A DNA stretch of 61,906 bases, counting the filler, from Rhabdomonas costata (taxonomy: Eukaryota), in NCBI GenBank assembly GCA_019059605.1. It is 19 parts of 19 records of this genome, joined end to end, with 100 filler letters (N's around TTAATTAATTAA, not from the genome) between each part and the next. Parts side by side here need not be neighbours in the genome. Positions count along the whole stretch, not along the records: positions 48,966 to 52,127 come from JAHMHO010001258.1; positions 52,228 to 55,387 come from JAHMHO010001259.1; positions 55,488 to 58,646 come from JAHMHO010001260.1; positions 58,747 to 61,906 come from JAHMHO010001261.1; 15 more parts are not named here. One strand, given 5' to 3'. A program made the translations under genes and the position numbers. Shown piece after piece: positions 49,921 through 61,906 of this stretch (position 1 is the stretch's first letter; each line of letters begins with the position of its first letter). Below the pieces are notes generated by a model that worked only from the letters and a program-made list of their open reading frames with translations, made no database searches and was not told where the DNA came from.

Positions 49921-51900
49921 TCAACCATGATTCGTCGGTTGCTGGTGAATGAATTGGAGCAGATTACTGAAGCTCTGTTTGGGTACCGGTAGAGCGAGCG
50001 ACTGGTGAAGTTGGCGTAGATGCCGTAGCTTAGCGGTTATCCCGTCGAGTGTAGTTCGCTCTCTGTACCATTTACATTTCTGTCGACAAATATCGAGCTC
50101 TCGTGGTATAGAATGATTGTTTATAGCAGCTTTCCAGAGATCCGCTTCGACTTGTTGTCGTTCAGTCTCCGGTAAGCGGGGTTTTTGATCATGTGATGGT
50201 ATCTCATTACTCATTAATAGATTGATCCTCAGCGTTTCCGGTCGCTCATTGGTGGTTAATTTCACAGGTATTTGTTGGGTGGAGTGATTTTAGTAGGGAG
50301 TGGGAATTGTATGGTGTGACATATGTATGGAGAGAAAAATAAAACAAACACGTGCTACAAATAAGTACCATAATTAGTTGTCTGTACACGCGAGCTCTTA
50401 AACGGTTATGCTAGTGCAACTGCAGTGTTCGGATTGTAGACTAAACAGAGTTGCTACCGCTGTCTTTTAGCGCTGCAAAACTCGATTAAATGTGGTTTTG
50501 GAGGTGTAATGGAGGTGTCAGTGAACTCATTGTCGTTTTCATGGTTGGACTGCTCGAAGAAGTCGGTTATGTCTTCCGGTGTGTTGGGTCCTTCGTACGC
50601 AGGTGGTTTGAGTGGTACTTTGAGCATCTCGCTGGTAGGACTTTCTCCTTTCTTAATGGTGGAAACAGCACCTTCAAGAGATTGATAGTCTGTGGTGAAG
50701 ATCGTGTGCTGTAGATAATGGCAAACCTGGTAGACGACTTCTGTTTTAGCCTCACTATACCGTGGTCATCAACGTAGCATGGTGCGTACCATACAAAAGA
50801 CTTTTCCAGGAGTTTTCTGGCAGCGTTGTATCAATAGTAATTTGGACACTATTTAAAGACTATTATGCTCCTGCAGGGCTCGATGAATCTCCGGATGTGG
50901 TTCAGGTGCTTCTCGTAGGTTTCCGAAAAAACAACAATGTCGTCAAAGTAGATGTCTGTGAAGTCCTTCATGTCGGCAAAGGCAACGTTCATGGTTGCTG
51001 AAATGTGTCTGTGGTGTTGGCTAATCCGAGAGGCATCGAGGCAAATTTGAACAAAGACGAATTTGCCTGGAATGGAGTATTTTGCTCGTCTCCGGCGCGG
51101 ATTCGAATAAGCTGAAAACCACTCGACAATTCCATCTTTGTGGAGTATCAAGCTGTCGCTAAAAGTTCCACCATCACATCGATAAATCACATCGATACTT
51201 ATCCTTAACCTTGTTTTGATTAATTGCACTGTAATCCATGACCATTTGACGGGACTTGTACTTCTTGTCCCGTAGCAGGACGCTTGCTCCGAAATAACTC
51301 TTGGAATGTCTGATTCTACCGAATTCTATCAGCTCTTCGAGTTGCTTCAGGACATCTGTATGATCAATGTGAGACATCAGGTAAAACCTGTGTGCCTGCG
51401 GCTTTGTACTTGGTTTAATGTCAATTCTGTGGTCTCTAGATATGGAAGTTGGACGTCAATCTGAAATCTTGTCTAGGAAGACTTCTCTGAACACAACGAC
51501 ATGTAGAGTGATCTCCTCTGTACAGGTTCGGTGAAGACAGGCGGCATGCACCTGCTATGATTGACTGGAACTTCCCGTTCATCTTTGAAAGGCTGCCGGA
51601 GTGGTAATTGCAATTGCTGATTAGTGAGCGGGTCTGGTCGTGCGTGGGAGCGCTGCACTGAAGTCTCACCCACCGCGATAGCTATACGGAATTGCTGTAG
51701 AAGTCGTAGCTCATCTTGATATGACTCAGCTGAAACGTCAGGTCAACTAGTGGACGACAGGGCTGAGTGTTTCCGCTCCTGTGGTAGTTAGTAATCCCCC
51801 ACGTGCCTCTGACCTCGTGTATTGGACTGTTACTGGTGGTGTCCGTCTTCGCCATTAAGAAATGCTGTCGGAAGACGCCAATGGAACCTAATTTGACATG
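49921..51900 (-). mobile_element. Decayed Ty3/gypsy pol (RT and downstream remnants)
   Basis: LKQLEELIEFGRIRHSKSYFGASVLLRDKK...MVMDYSAINQNKVKDKY and ATMNVAFADMKDFTDIYFDDIVVFSETYEKHLNHIRR (YxDD) are present, with frameshifts and stops. Boundaries are approximate. Confidence 0.9.
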
Positions 51901-52460
51901 GCCATGGTCGGTGACTTGAGCCCCAGTAGGTACTGTTCTTCTGGTTGTGACCGTTCCAGTGCGCGCGTTATTGAGTTGGATGACTGTGCTTCATAATTGT
52001 AGAAGGAGCCTCTATTATGGACTTTGGAAGCATTAAGTTTGTCATCCGAGCCTTCGTCGTGGATGATTCTTCACCGCCCTTATCTACAGTAGGTTTATTG
52101 CCTGTCTGGTTGATGCAAACCCACAAANNNNNNNNNNNNNNNNNNNNNNNNNNNNNNNNNNNNNNNNNNNNTTAATTAATTAANNNNNNNNNNNNNNNNN
52201 NNNNNNNNNNNNNNNNNNNNNNNNNNNTTTGTCTGTTTGAAGGGTATCAAGGGGTTGCGGGGCTTTGTGAATCTTTGAGGTCATGTATTGTCATGGTCAG
52301 GACTATCACGTTGTGTCGGGAATTTCGAAATTGAAATTGGGACCAGATCACAAAGTGCATATCCATCCACATTGATGTGGCGAATGGATGGTGTATGGTG
52401 TATGGTGGCGTTCTCAACCGACTTTGCTGGGTTCCTTTGCGACGCATTTTTCGTGTGCAG

Positions 52461-53747
52461 ATCCGTGCCCGCTTCCCGGAGTACACGCTCTTTGAAGACT
52501 CGGCCACGTTTTCGACTGATGTGGCATGCTCGCGCAGTGGAGGCATGCGAGTGTTCAGTCTTCAGATCTTCGCAGAATAGACTATTGCGCCTCTAATACC
52601 GATGCATCACCTGCTGCAATCTGTAGCAGTTGTTTTTGTTCGCAGTCTCCCCACAACCTCGAACTTCGAGGCTTGTTTAGCCCAGATATCGAAACCAAGC
52701 AAATATGCCAACATTTGGGATGGCACTCTGAACGAGTGCAGGGTTTTATCGGCCTTACAACGATGTTTTTGTGCTGTGTTTGTTTTTGTAGAACGCTGCC
52801 GAGCCTGAGCCGGAAGCGCCTTATGAGCGCTGGTTCGAGCACTTTGGGGGCCCACGTGCTGTGAAGGTAACCCCCAGTGTGAATCGGTTGCGTCTTTTTA
52901 GCGTCTTTTTATCATTACATTGCATGCCATGTATTTCTGTATTGCTTGCGCCAGGGATGTGCGCCGGGGTTTGCACGATCTCAGCACCTTTCTCCTGTCC
53001 CTTTGTCCCTTCTCCTGTGAGCTGGGGGCTCACACATCGACCTCAGTGTTTACTAAGGGCCTGTTCGAGTGGTTTGTGGTGCTTTGTCGTTTGCTTGTTG
53101 GTGCGGCCACGAGAGAGTCTTGTGTGTGGCGGGGGGGGGCGGGGGGCAGAGCCTGGATACCGTGGCGACGGCGTGCCCGCGAAAGGTTCAGCAGGCAATA
53201 GGGGACTGCCAGCCAGCAGAGAAGCAGAATTTTCTGGACGGTATTCTAACCCGCTCATCCTTCCCCAACACACCTTTCACCGTTCTTCCTCCTCCCCCCC
53301 CTCCACCTTCTTTGGGGGTTCTTTGGTCAACCCAACCAACCAAAGTCGAGATCGAAGATCTGCAACTTGTGTGCGTCTCTTTCTGTGTGATTCAAAACGT
53401 GTTGCATCTCTTTTTCTTTCCTTCGATGATGGCGCTTGTTGATGACCTTACATTTATTGTGGAGTTTTACAGCGTCTTGTGCGGTCACCATCATCGTCAC
53501 CAACGAAATTAGGTGGATTCTCTCTCACTTTCCAACCTCAGGCCTTTCGCAAGTCCAGCGGGTCGTCGACCCTGCACAGTTCGCCAGCCCAGAGGCCATT
53601 AAAGCCGCCTCTGCTGTGGGCAAGGTCGTCCTGCACCCCGCTCCCTCTCCCTGGCACCCAGTTTTCTCCTCTCCTTTCCACTGTACACAGCTATGCCAGA
53701 AAGAAGAAAAATACCTTCTGGTCGAGCAGTGGTGGAAAGCTCTCTAG
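52461..53747 (+). CDS. Small hypothetical protein; exons 52461-52542 (tentative), 52792-52866, 53150-53240, 53542-53624, 53691-53747
   Basis: Phase-consistent joins give NAAEPEPEAPYERWFEHFGGPRAVK|SLDTVATAC...NFLD|GLSQVQRVVDP...AVGK|LCQKEEKYLLVEQWWKAL*. The first intron would be GC-AG. Confidence 0.55.
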
Positions 53748-55100
53748 GGATATGGGGGGGGGTCATGCATCGAAAATTGCGTGGTTTCCTAGGCCACAGT
53801 TTGCCCTGCCCTGCTGGAGGAGCTGGAGCGCCTGCTGCTGCAGGCTGCTTCGGACTGCACCACCTGCAGCCAGCAAGGTGTCGTGAACGCATGTAGACTG
53901 TTTTTTTTTGGTACAGATGTTGGAGGATGACTCCACCCTGTGTGTATGACGTGTGTGAAACGTGCAGTTGGATTTCGCTATTTTGTCACTTTTGTGGTTT
54001 CGGCCAGGTCACTGTTGCTGGAGCTGTTAATGCTAGCGCTGTTTCTGTGGGCCCACCGCCTTGCCGTGAAAGTACTTCGTAGTACATGGTTTTCGCGCAT
54101 TCTCCACGGCTCTGGGTTTGGTCACCAGTTGGTACCGGAGAAGGGGGCTGACCATGGCATTTGGGTATCCTGTGTGCTGCTTTTGCGAGATCTGCTCCCG
54201 CGCGTTTTAGAGGAGAAAGCGGTGGTGCTGCAGCTCGCCTTGGTAAAGGCCACACGATGCGTCGCCTTGATCTCGACGTACATTCTGAAACACGTGTGTG
54301 TGCAGCAGTCCCTCTGTCTCTGAGAGATTGGATATGTGCTGTATGCTCTTCAGGGATCGATGGATGGGTGCAATCCTTTTGCGTTTGAAAGCTCTCTCTT
54401 GGTCCCCCCCCCCTCTCCATCTCTCTCGCTCCTGCTTCAGTTTGCCATTTTGGCCGAGGCAGTGGACTCCGAGCAGCCATGCCCCCCCTGGGAGGCCTCC
54501 GTGCAGCACAGGTGTTTGCAAAATATGGAGAAGAAGAAAAAAAGCAGGAGTGAAGAAAGCAAGCCAACAATTTGCTTCTGGATATTGCGGGGATGTGGTG
54601 GGACTAATAGTTGCTGGGTGAAGCCATGGTTGCGCTATTTTAAGTGCCCTTTGCCCATTGCTGTTTTATCACTTTCGTCCTGTCGGGCTTTGCGATATAT
54701 CCAAATGGAAGGCGTACTTCTGATGATTGTGTGGCTTATCATCCGTTGTTGGGTTTGTCATGACGCGGAGTGTGTTGCCTTCCTTCGCCTTCCTCGAATT
54801 TTGTCCGGCCACCTCATTCACGGGAGTTCTCGGATTGGGAGTAAACGACCAGGAACCGTTGTTGTTATCTCTCTGCGTTCTGCACTTCTCCAGGGAAACT
54901 CCCTCTGACGCTGCGCGCTGGCCCAAGTCGATTGGTCTGGCGCAGTCGGTTCGGGACACAACCGCCGTATCTTTGAAGGTCTTTCTAGTCAGTCGTATCT
55001 GTTCCTTTTTGTATCTGTTTCTTTTTGCTTTCCATTTTTTGGCGTGGACTGCAAGGGCACGTTTCGTGTGTGGGAGCAGGAAGTGGGGGCGAGCTCGGAC

Positions 55101-55199
55101 CTCAGTGTGGCCACCCGCTGCGCCCATCATCAATGCGGTCTCGCTATTCCATATTTTCGCATTGAGGTCCGCCTTGAACTCCGCAAGCTGGGCGCAAAC
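55101..55199 (-). CDS. Ankyrin-repeat exon (33 codons, phase 0-0)
   Basis: VCAQLAEFKADLNAKIWNSETALMMGAAGGHTE lies between CAG and GT and is exactly one ANK unit. Neighbouring exons are unresolved. Confidence 0.8.
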
Positions 55200-55514
55200 C
55201 TGAGCCAAACAAACAGACAACCACACCAACAAGCCCGGTGCAGGTGAATGCGATGAATGGCGACCCCGAAGACCACACCACCAAAGATAAGGGGGTCGTC
55301 GCAAGGGAGCATATCTCTACTGCTTTGCAAATGATTCCGAGACAAGGGAAAAGGGCAAAATGTGCATGCAGGCAGAACACCCCAACCNNNNNNNNNNNNN
55401 NNNNNNNNNNNNNNNNNNNNNNNNNNNNNNNTTAATTAATTAANNNNNNNNNNNNNNNNNNNNNNNNNNNNNNNNNNNNNNNNNNNNTGTTTTGTGTGAG
55501 GCAAAAAGTCTGAC

Positions 55515-58290
55515 CTGCTGAACTTCCTCCGGGGTATCGTTCTGCTCCACACCAGCAGATTTCGCGACGGCCCGAATGTGCTTGTTCGCAGCGCAGTGCG
55601 CCTCGAAGCCCCGGCGGCAGAACAAGATGTTCTCGTCGAGCACCGCCTTGATTCTATTGGATTAGCAAAGAAAAGAGACCATTGTGATAGTGCGTAATCG
55701 AAAAGCACTCCACTGGTTCTTAGAAAAAGAATAAAGATAAATAGGAAGAGGAAACATGAAGAAGGGGTAGTGGTGGGGGCAATCTAATGTGCCCTGCAAC
55801 ACATGAAGAGGAATATCACAGCAGTGCAGCCAATGGAATTAAAATCCATACAACCTCTTCTGAATCTCGCGGCAGTGCTCGCGGGCTTCGTCTGTGACCA
55901 CCAATGTCTCTGTTTCCACGTCCTTGCCCTGCAGGTGGATGACCTTGGAAACCATCGTCCGTGTCTCGGAGTCTCGGATCCCCTGCGGGGATGTGGGCAG
56001 CAATGCAGTCGGGCAAACAACCATGTACCCGGTGTACAAGGAATGGAAACAAAGTTAAGCATCCTGGCACGGTACCTTCTCCGCAATGTACTTTTCCATC
56101 TCCAAGTCCGTAATCACCATCTCGATCAGATCTCGGTCATCGATGTCGATCTAAACGACATGCACACCTCAGATCAACCCGGACCCACCGGCAAACTCAC
56201 CCACCCACCACACAACCTCAAATCCTTCATCCACAATATCAAAGACACAGCGCCTCAAGGCAGCCACAGAATAGGGTACCAACGTCTTCTTGGGCAATGC
56301 AGAAAAAAAAAGCTCGGAAGAGTAAGCGCTCACGCACGTTAACACCCGATTGGCAATCATCACCAGCTTCACTCGCTTTCCAGTGGCCCGGCTGACCCGG
56401 GAGTACCACTTCACCAGCTGCTGCTTCTGCGAGTCAGGCATCATGTGGTACTCGTCCAGAACGACCTGACCCCATCCATCCCCGATGTCAAGAAAGGCCG
56501 CAACGCACTCTTCACCGAGAGCCTCCAAAAACAGAAGCATATACGACTGCGCGGCCTTCTGAAGGCACACAGCAAAAAAAAACACGGCCTAGCATCAAGG
56601 AGTCTGAAAGTTATTCCAAGCGTTCCTTACACCAAGAATTGCATACCCAAGATAAGGTCAAAATATGAGGGGAAAACAGAAGACTACGAGCACGCAAACA
56701 AGCGATCACATGGCATTCCATTTTCCAAAAATCGAGGACAATAAGCAGCAAAACTGACGTGATGTCCACACAAGTTGTTCACGGTTGTGAAGCAAAAGTC
56801 TACCTCCTTCACAAACCCGAAATTATTTAGCAGCACTGACAGCAGCAATGTCCAGGGGATTGTTCAACCGAGCATGCGAGCATGCGGAAAAAACGCGGTT
56901 CAGTGCAGGAAGAGGGAGAGGGAGGAAAATGTAACCACGACAAGGAAGTCGTGGGGTGAGGGGTGAGGAGACCCCGTGGTCCACCATCATACCAGGGTGA
57001 TGGGCTCCTTGGCCGCCATGGCAGCCCCGTCCTCGCTCTTACCCCTTCTGGCGGACTTGCCGGGAGCCTCAGGGAAGGCCCCCCCACTGGAGGCACCCGA
57101 GGAACCCTGGGGCAGCGCCACTTCACTAAGCACGTCCAGCAGGGAGAACTTCACTAGCTTGTCTGAGCTGCCATCGATGATCGCCGTGTTGACCTGGACA
57201 TCGGGGGCCCACCAGCATGAAAGAAGCCCACGGGAAGAATCTTGTGACACCACTTCTCCAATAATGTTGCGAGCAAAGCAAGTTGTGAATGCAAAGCCGT
57301 TTAACAGAGAATTCTATTAGACTCGATTTCGAAATTCTGGGTTTTTGGCATTATGAAACAGCCAGTGTGAGGCTTTCTGAAGGAGAGGGGAACCTGGGGA
57401 TACGCCCGAAGCGCGGGCACGATCTCCTCGTCAAACTTGTAAGTCTTGCCGATTCCAGGCGAGCCGTGGATGAGTTTCCATTCCATTTCCCACACGTCAT
57501 CCACCGACCGGATCCAGTCCGTCCACTGCCGAGTGCGCTCCTGAAATCCAAGAGCAGAAAAATAAAGCGTGTCGTTAACCCCCCCCCCACGACAGCTGGC
57601 GGCAATGCACATGAAAAAAGAACATGACTCGCACGCAAGATTTTGCTTTCCCGGCACCACGCAGCCCTGCCGCAAACACGACTGAGGAGAGGACAGAGTC
57701 TAACGTGGGAACAAAATCTCTACGGAACCCTCGGTGTTCTTTTAACCCAAGCGAGGGTGAAGAAAGGAGAGGTGAAAGAGGAAGAGACGGAAAAACCTCC
57801 AGCTTCATGGAGTGGGCCGACCTCGCGACGCGCTCCATGAACTCCTCGGAGAGCGGGTGGCAGGTCGCTGTGTAAGTGATCAGGCTGCTGCTGAAGCACA
57901 GTGTGACGTTGCTCACCTGCACCGCTTCCTGGGACCAAACGAGGAAGAAATGAAAGGAGCCCAGTGGGTGTTGTAGAAATCGAAAACCAACCCGTTAGAA
58001 AGGCCAACTGAACCTATGTCGTAGTCGGAGTCGAGAACGTGTGATCAAGCCGCAGAAAAAACAGACAAATGTTATGTGTGTTCTCTAAGCAACAATGAGT
58101 GACCCGAGCCCGACGAGGACCCGGATTACAGCAAACCGGATTACACATTGCAGAAACACACTTGGTTATATCCCCTCCGCCTCGGAAAACAAAGGTTATC
58201 GACGCATACCTGATCGACGAGCCTCTTGGCGGCTTCTGGGTCACAGAAGGCCACCCACTTACGGGGACCGGCCTCGTGCAGCTTGTGAAC
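55515..58290 (-). CDS. Divergent AAA+ (P-loop) ATPase domain protein; exons 58290-58210, 57928-57797, 57540-57394, 57193-56993, 56465-56346, 55982-55855, 55653-55515
   Basis: Walker A LIHGSPGIGKT, Walker B ITL|VVLDEYH and sensor-1-like KLVMIANR. Six phase-consistent GT-AG introns. Confidence 0.85.
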
Positions 58291-59797
58291 CTGAGATAAA
58301 TCAAACACCATGAGCCTCGTGCAAGCATCGGCAACCTGGCGTGGGGGAGCGAGGAAAGCAAAGCTTCCTTTCTGCTCACTGTGAATATACAAGTCGCCTG
58401 ATTGCGTTGGTTTGGCAAGTGTCTTTCGCAAACGAGTGGCATGAGAACGAGTTGTACGCAAAATGAATCCACACTGGGGAGCAAATGGAACCGGGAAGTC
58501 CAGTCCACACAATGCAATTGACACATGGAGGCGGTGAGACAGGAGCAACAGAATAGAAGGGGAGAGGAAGGGAGGCATAAGGGTTTTGCTGAATTTTCAA
58601 CTGCCATGACCATACCCTGCTGATCAGCGTGTGCTCCCAAAAACAANNNNNNNNNNNNNNNNNNNNNNNNNNNNNNNNNNNNNNNNNNNNTTAATTAATT
58701 AANNNNNNNNNNNNNNNNNNNNNNNNNNNNNNNNNNNNNNNNNNNNGGGTTGTGTGGTCGTCTAACTGGGCCTTCTTATTGAAAAATCCAATCGCAAAAT
58801 TTTGTGGAAGTGTTTGGGTTTGGATCTCCTGATATTGTTTCGTTATATTTTCCGGGCGCCCATTTTTCGGCACTTAAGCACAGGGAAGGGGTCGACCTTT
58901 ACCGAACGGCGTGGCCAATGGAATGGAACACGAAAAGAGACTCTCCGCAACTGCCATCCCAATGTGGACGTGGACAGAAAGCAGACGGACTAAACATTGC
59001 GATTTCGAAAGTGCACTTTTCTTTTCGGCGAATAGCTTTCCTGTAAACAAGTGGGCACGGCCGGTGCTCCTGCTGGGTTTATTGGCACGCTCTCAGATTT
59101 CTTGGGTCGCTGCTCACCTTTCCAGTTGGACACCCTTCTTATCAAAAAAAAAAAAACTAGGCTTGCGGCATCCGCGGCACACGTTTAACGGATGCAAAGA
59201 AGATGAAAGATGAAATAGAAGTGTTGTCTGCCAAATTTTTAGGGGCAATTCCCATTAACATTCGCCAAACACTAAACAACCGCTCAATTGAGGGCAATGT
59301 CCGAAATCGTACACCGGTCTTCATCCCTATCTGTGGTATGTCCATTGGTATCATACGTCAAAAACGATCCATTCATCTCATTCCTAGGTCCAGAATGTGC
59401 CACTTCCGCTTCAGCCTTGGAGAAGATGGAGAAGATGGGCACGACTTTCAGCCACAGCATCAATGTATGGCAGAATGATTGGCTTTGAAGTATGCAATGA
59501 CCGGTCAGATCACAGTCTCACCAACGTGGCCAACTGTGACCCAGTGCGCTCCTAACGGCAAAGAAAAAGCACTGACGCACAAGCAGCAGCGGACTCAGGA
59601 CAATCGAATTTAAGCTTCTTCGTATCCCGCAAATAGGGCTCCTCCCCGCCAAGGAGAAAGAAGGGAAAGGGTAGGGCGCCACGTAAAACGATGTTGACAA
59701 TACAACCAAAGAAAGAAAACTGAAAGTTTCCTCCCTGGATCTGAGAAAGCAGTGTGTGCCGCCGGACCCGCGGGTCTGAAATTTTAGTTCTGGAGGC

Positions 59798-61236
59798 TTA
59801 GGACCAATGCCCACGCACTTTGACGCGAATGCTCAACCCGTCACACGAAGCGAACTCTACAGTAGGGCATGAAGAAAGCAGAGAACGCGGCACACCATCG
59901 CAAGGCAACGGCTCCACGCTTGGCAGCAAAAGATCCAAAAAGCACCGATATGATCCAAAGACCTTTTTTTGAAGGAGTAAACAGATCTGCTCTTGTTCGC
60001 AACACACCGAATGGGCCCAAACACTTATTTTAACTGCAAACCGCTTAATAAAACGATCTACTGACTGCTGAAAATAGTGTTAAGAAAAATGACTTTGCTA
60101 GGCATTCGCCCATCGGCTTCTTGTGCTGTTCTTCCATGTTCTTCTATTGTTTGCCATCTTTTTCGACTCCACGAACGGGCTTCATTGGGGTCATTGGGGT
60201 CTCTTTTGCTCTTCCTTTTCCTCGTCTCACACGTCTCTTTCTCGCTCTCTCGCCTTTTTTAACGTAAATATCTCATGTTGCCACATTCTGTCCTTCAATT
60301 CGGACCAAAGTTAGACGCTCGATATCACAATTGCACACCCGATTTTTCATGTTCAGGTCTAGCCAAGCGGTGGTGGGCTACGAGCATACCAACATGCAAA
60401 CTGTCTCTACACCAACATGCAAACTGTCTCTCTCAGCACTGCACCTGCTCCAAATTCCGGGCAAGTCCCAAATCATAAACGTTGAAGGGGACTAGCCCCA
60501 TCGCAGAGAATTGCGAGGCAGGACTGGGCGATGAGAAGTGCGGTTGAGGTGACCCGCGCATGGCCCAGTTGTAATGAAACTCAATCGTCGTCTGGTTGGT
60601 CAAAACGAGATACAGGTTCCACCCTATGAGAGCATGGTGCGTGGCTTGCGGAGGGTGCTGATGAGACTTCGGCCTCAAGGCACGTTCGTTCGAAGAAAAT
60701 CCGAGACCGATGCAGGGTACAATAGGAGGGATGCATCTCAAGCATATTTGGCCAACAATCTGCAAGGATTTCTAAGGGCTTAGCAAAATCTCTCAAAACA
60801 TGTTCCGCAGGATTCGCGTTTCACAAGATCGATTGCACAACGAATTTCGGAATTTTTCTATAACCAGTTCCTCCTGTGGTCATCAACACAGAGACAAATC
60901 TCAACCAGATCACAAACGCGGAAACGAATATTGCAATGGACACCCTTCCATCAGCATCCTTCACGCCTCCATTCGCCACGGCAAATACCCAGGAAGAAGG
61001 CCATCACAATGGCCATCGCGAGGCAAAGCACAAGCAGAAAGGCCATGCTGCTGTTCCGCTTCACATCGCCGCGGGACAGGGATTGGGACCCAAGACGATC
61101 CCCACCAACATAGTCAGTGGCTGGATGCACAGCCCCACTCGCGCCGCCGCCCAGCCAGCCCTTCCAGTGCAGCCCCAGCACAATCAGCGCGTACACGCAG
61201 GACAGCCACAGGTACGCTAGGAACAGCACAAAGTGC
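59798..61236 (-). CDS. DHHC-family palmitoyltransferase, 3' exons (61236-60989, 60623-60445, 59962-~59798)
   Basis: RHFVLFLAYLWLSCVY (TM3), a second TM helix, GWNLYLVLTNQTTIEF (TTxE) and NVYDLGLARNLEQ|VFG...LLP...DG (PaCCT). The DHHC exon itself is not seen and the 3' end is uncertain. Confidence 0.85.
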
Positions 61237-61906
61237 CTGTGAATTCGGGTTTCAAACGATGTTTCTCTTCGCCGATGATTTCGTATCAAGTGAGCAGCAA
61301 AAGAGCCCCCCCCACACACAAGAAAAGCTCGACCACCATAATTACCGCAACAATACAAAAGTGGGAGAAAGTTAGTCCATCAAAAGAGGAAGCATCGGCA
61401 AAAACTCCGAAGCCACTATCAGTGCGTCCAATAATAACATTAAGATTAAGACAATAATAACATTAAGTGTGAGACAGAAGCCTTAATTTGCACAAGCACA
61501 GTTTCAGGGTGGTGAGAAGCAGGGCCGCGGACATCGCTGAACCACCGCATAACCCCTGCCCAAAAATGAGCGGTGGAACAACTGACCTGTTAGAGCCAGA
61601 GCTTAACACTCCCTTTTCGTGGGTGGGGGATCCGGATTTTGGGCATAGTGGCTTTATGTCATCGTCGCCGTGTCCAATATTAAGTTGGCAGCGTGCTCTT
61701 TGTTCGCTTTTCCTTAACTAACGCGGTGGCTAGAACAAATTTGCACATTTATCATGCGGGGGAGGGGAAAGGGGCGGAAAAAAAATACCCAACAGCTGCA
61801 ATCATCAGAGTTTTCGTCACATCCGAAACCAGCCAAGAGCCAAAAGCCACACACACACACCAACCCAAAACCCCGGCAAAGCGCATTTGAATCCAGGCAA
61901 AGATAA

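Noticed and set aside
52346-52500. IHIDVANGW...IRARFPEYTL resembling GMP reductase
   Set aside because: The spacing is wrong, the following AGNV motif is absent, and no other GMPR exons are nearby.
3167-58746. Regularly spaced TTAATTAATTAA motif resembling a repeat array
   Set aside because: It is always embedded in 44+44 N and is a synthetic linker. Genes on either side are not neighbours, so no cluster can be inferred.
60800-61375. Plus-strand ORFs of 191 and 114 aa
   Set aside because: They are antisense shadows of the DHHC exon.
1-61906. Euglenid nonconventional introns, spliced-leader RNA gene, CRISPR, rRNA or tRNA
   Set aside because: All junctions I could resolve are GT-AG or GC-AG, and I saw no such RNA genes or arrays. 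Nonconventional introns cannot be excluded without cDNA.

Overview
This window is not one locus. It is 19 unrelated contigs of about 3.16 kb, joined by artificial 100-nt spacers (44 N + TTAATTAATTAA + 44 N). Most contigs begin with a G/T-only run and end with an A/C-only run, consistent with degenerate-K-primer whole-genome amplification. The DNA is from an intron-rich eukaryote. I infer a euglenid-like euglenozoan from the two class III cyclases, frequent GC-AG donors, an ATG directly behind a pyrimidine-AG acceptor and a CRE-like retroelement relic. The supplied ORF track is therefore mostly misleading, so I rebuilt genes by phase-consistent splicing. Partial genes: two tandem PP2/Nictaba lectin copies (the upstream one shows a C-terminal F-box/SOCS-like motif), a UBA/UBX-type protein, a repetitive protein made of symmetric phase-2 exons, VPS13-like, a J-domain protein, a degenerate cyclase, a Cache-type receptor adenylate cyclase, an R3HCC1-like protein, an intron-containing MgtA-type P-type ATPase, POP1, an ankyrin exon, a divergent AAA+ ATPase, a DHHC palmitoyltransferase and three hypothetical genes. 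There are also decayed Ty3/gypsy and non-LTR retroelements. I found no rRNA, tRNA, CRISPR array or operon. Family calls come from motif recognition by eye and need HMM confirmation. No cross-contig system can be claimed.
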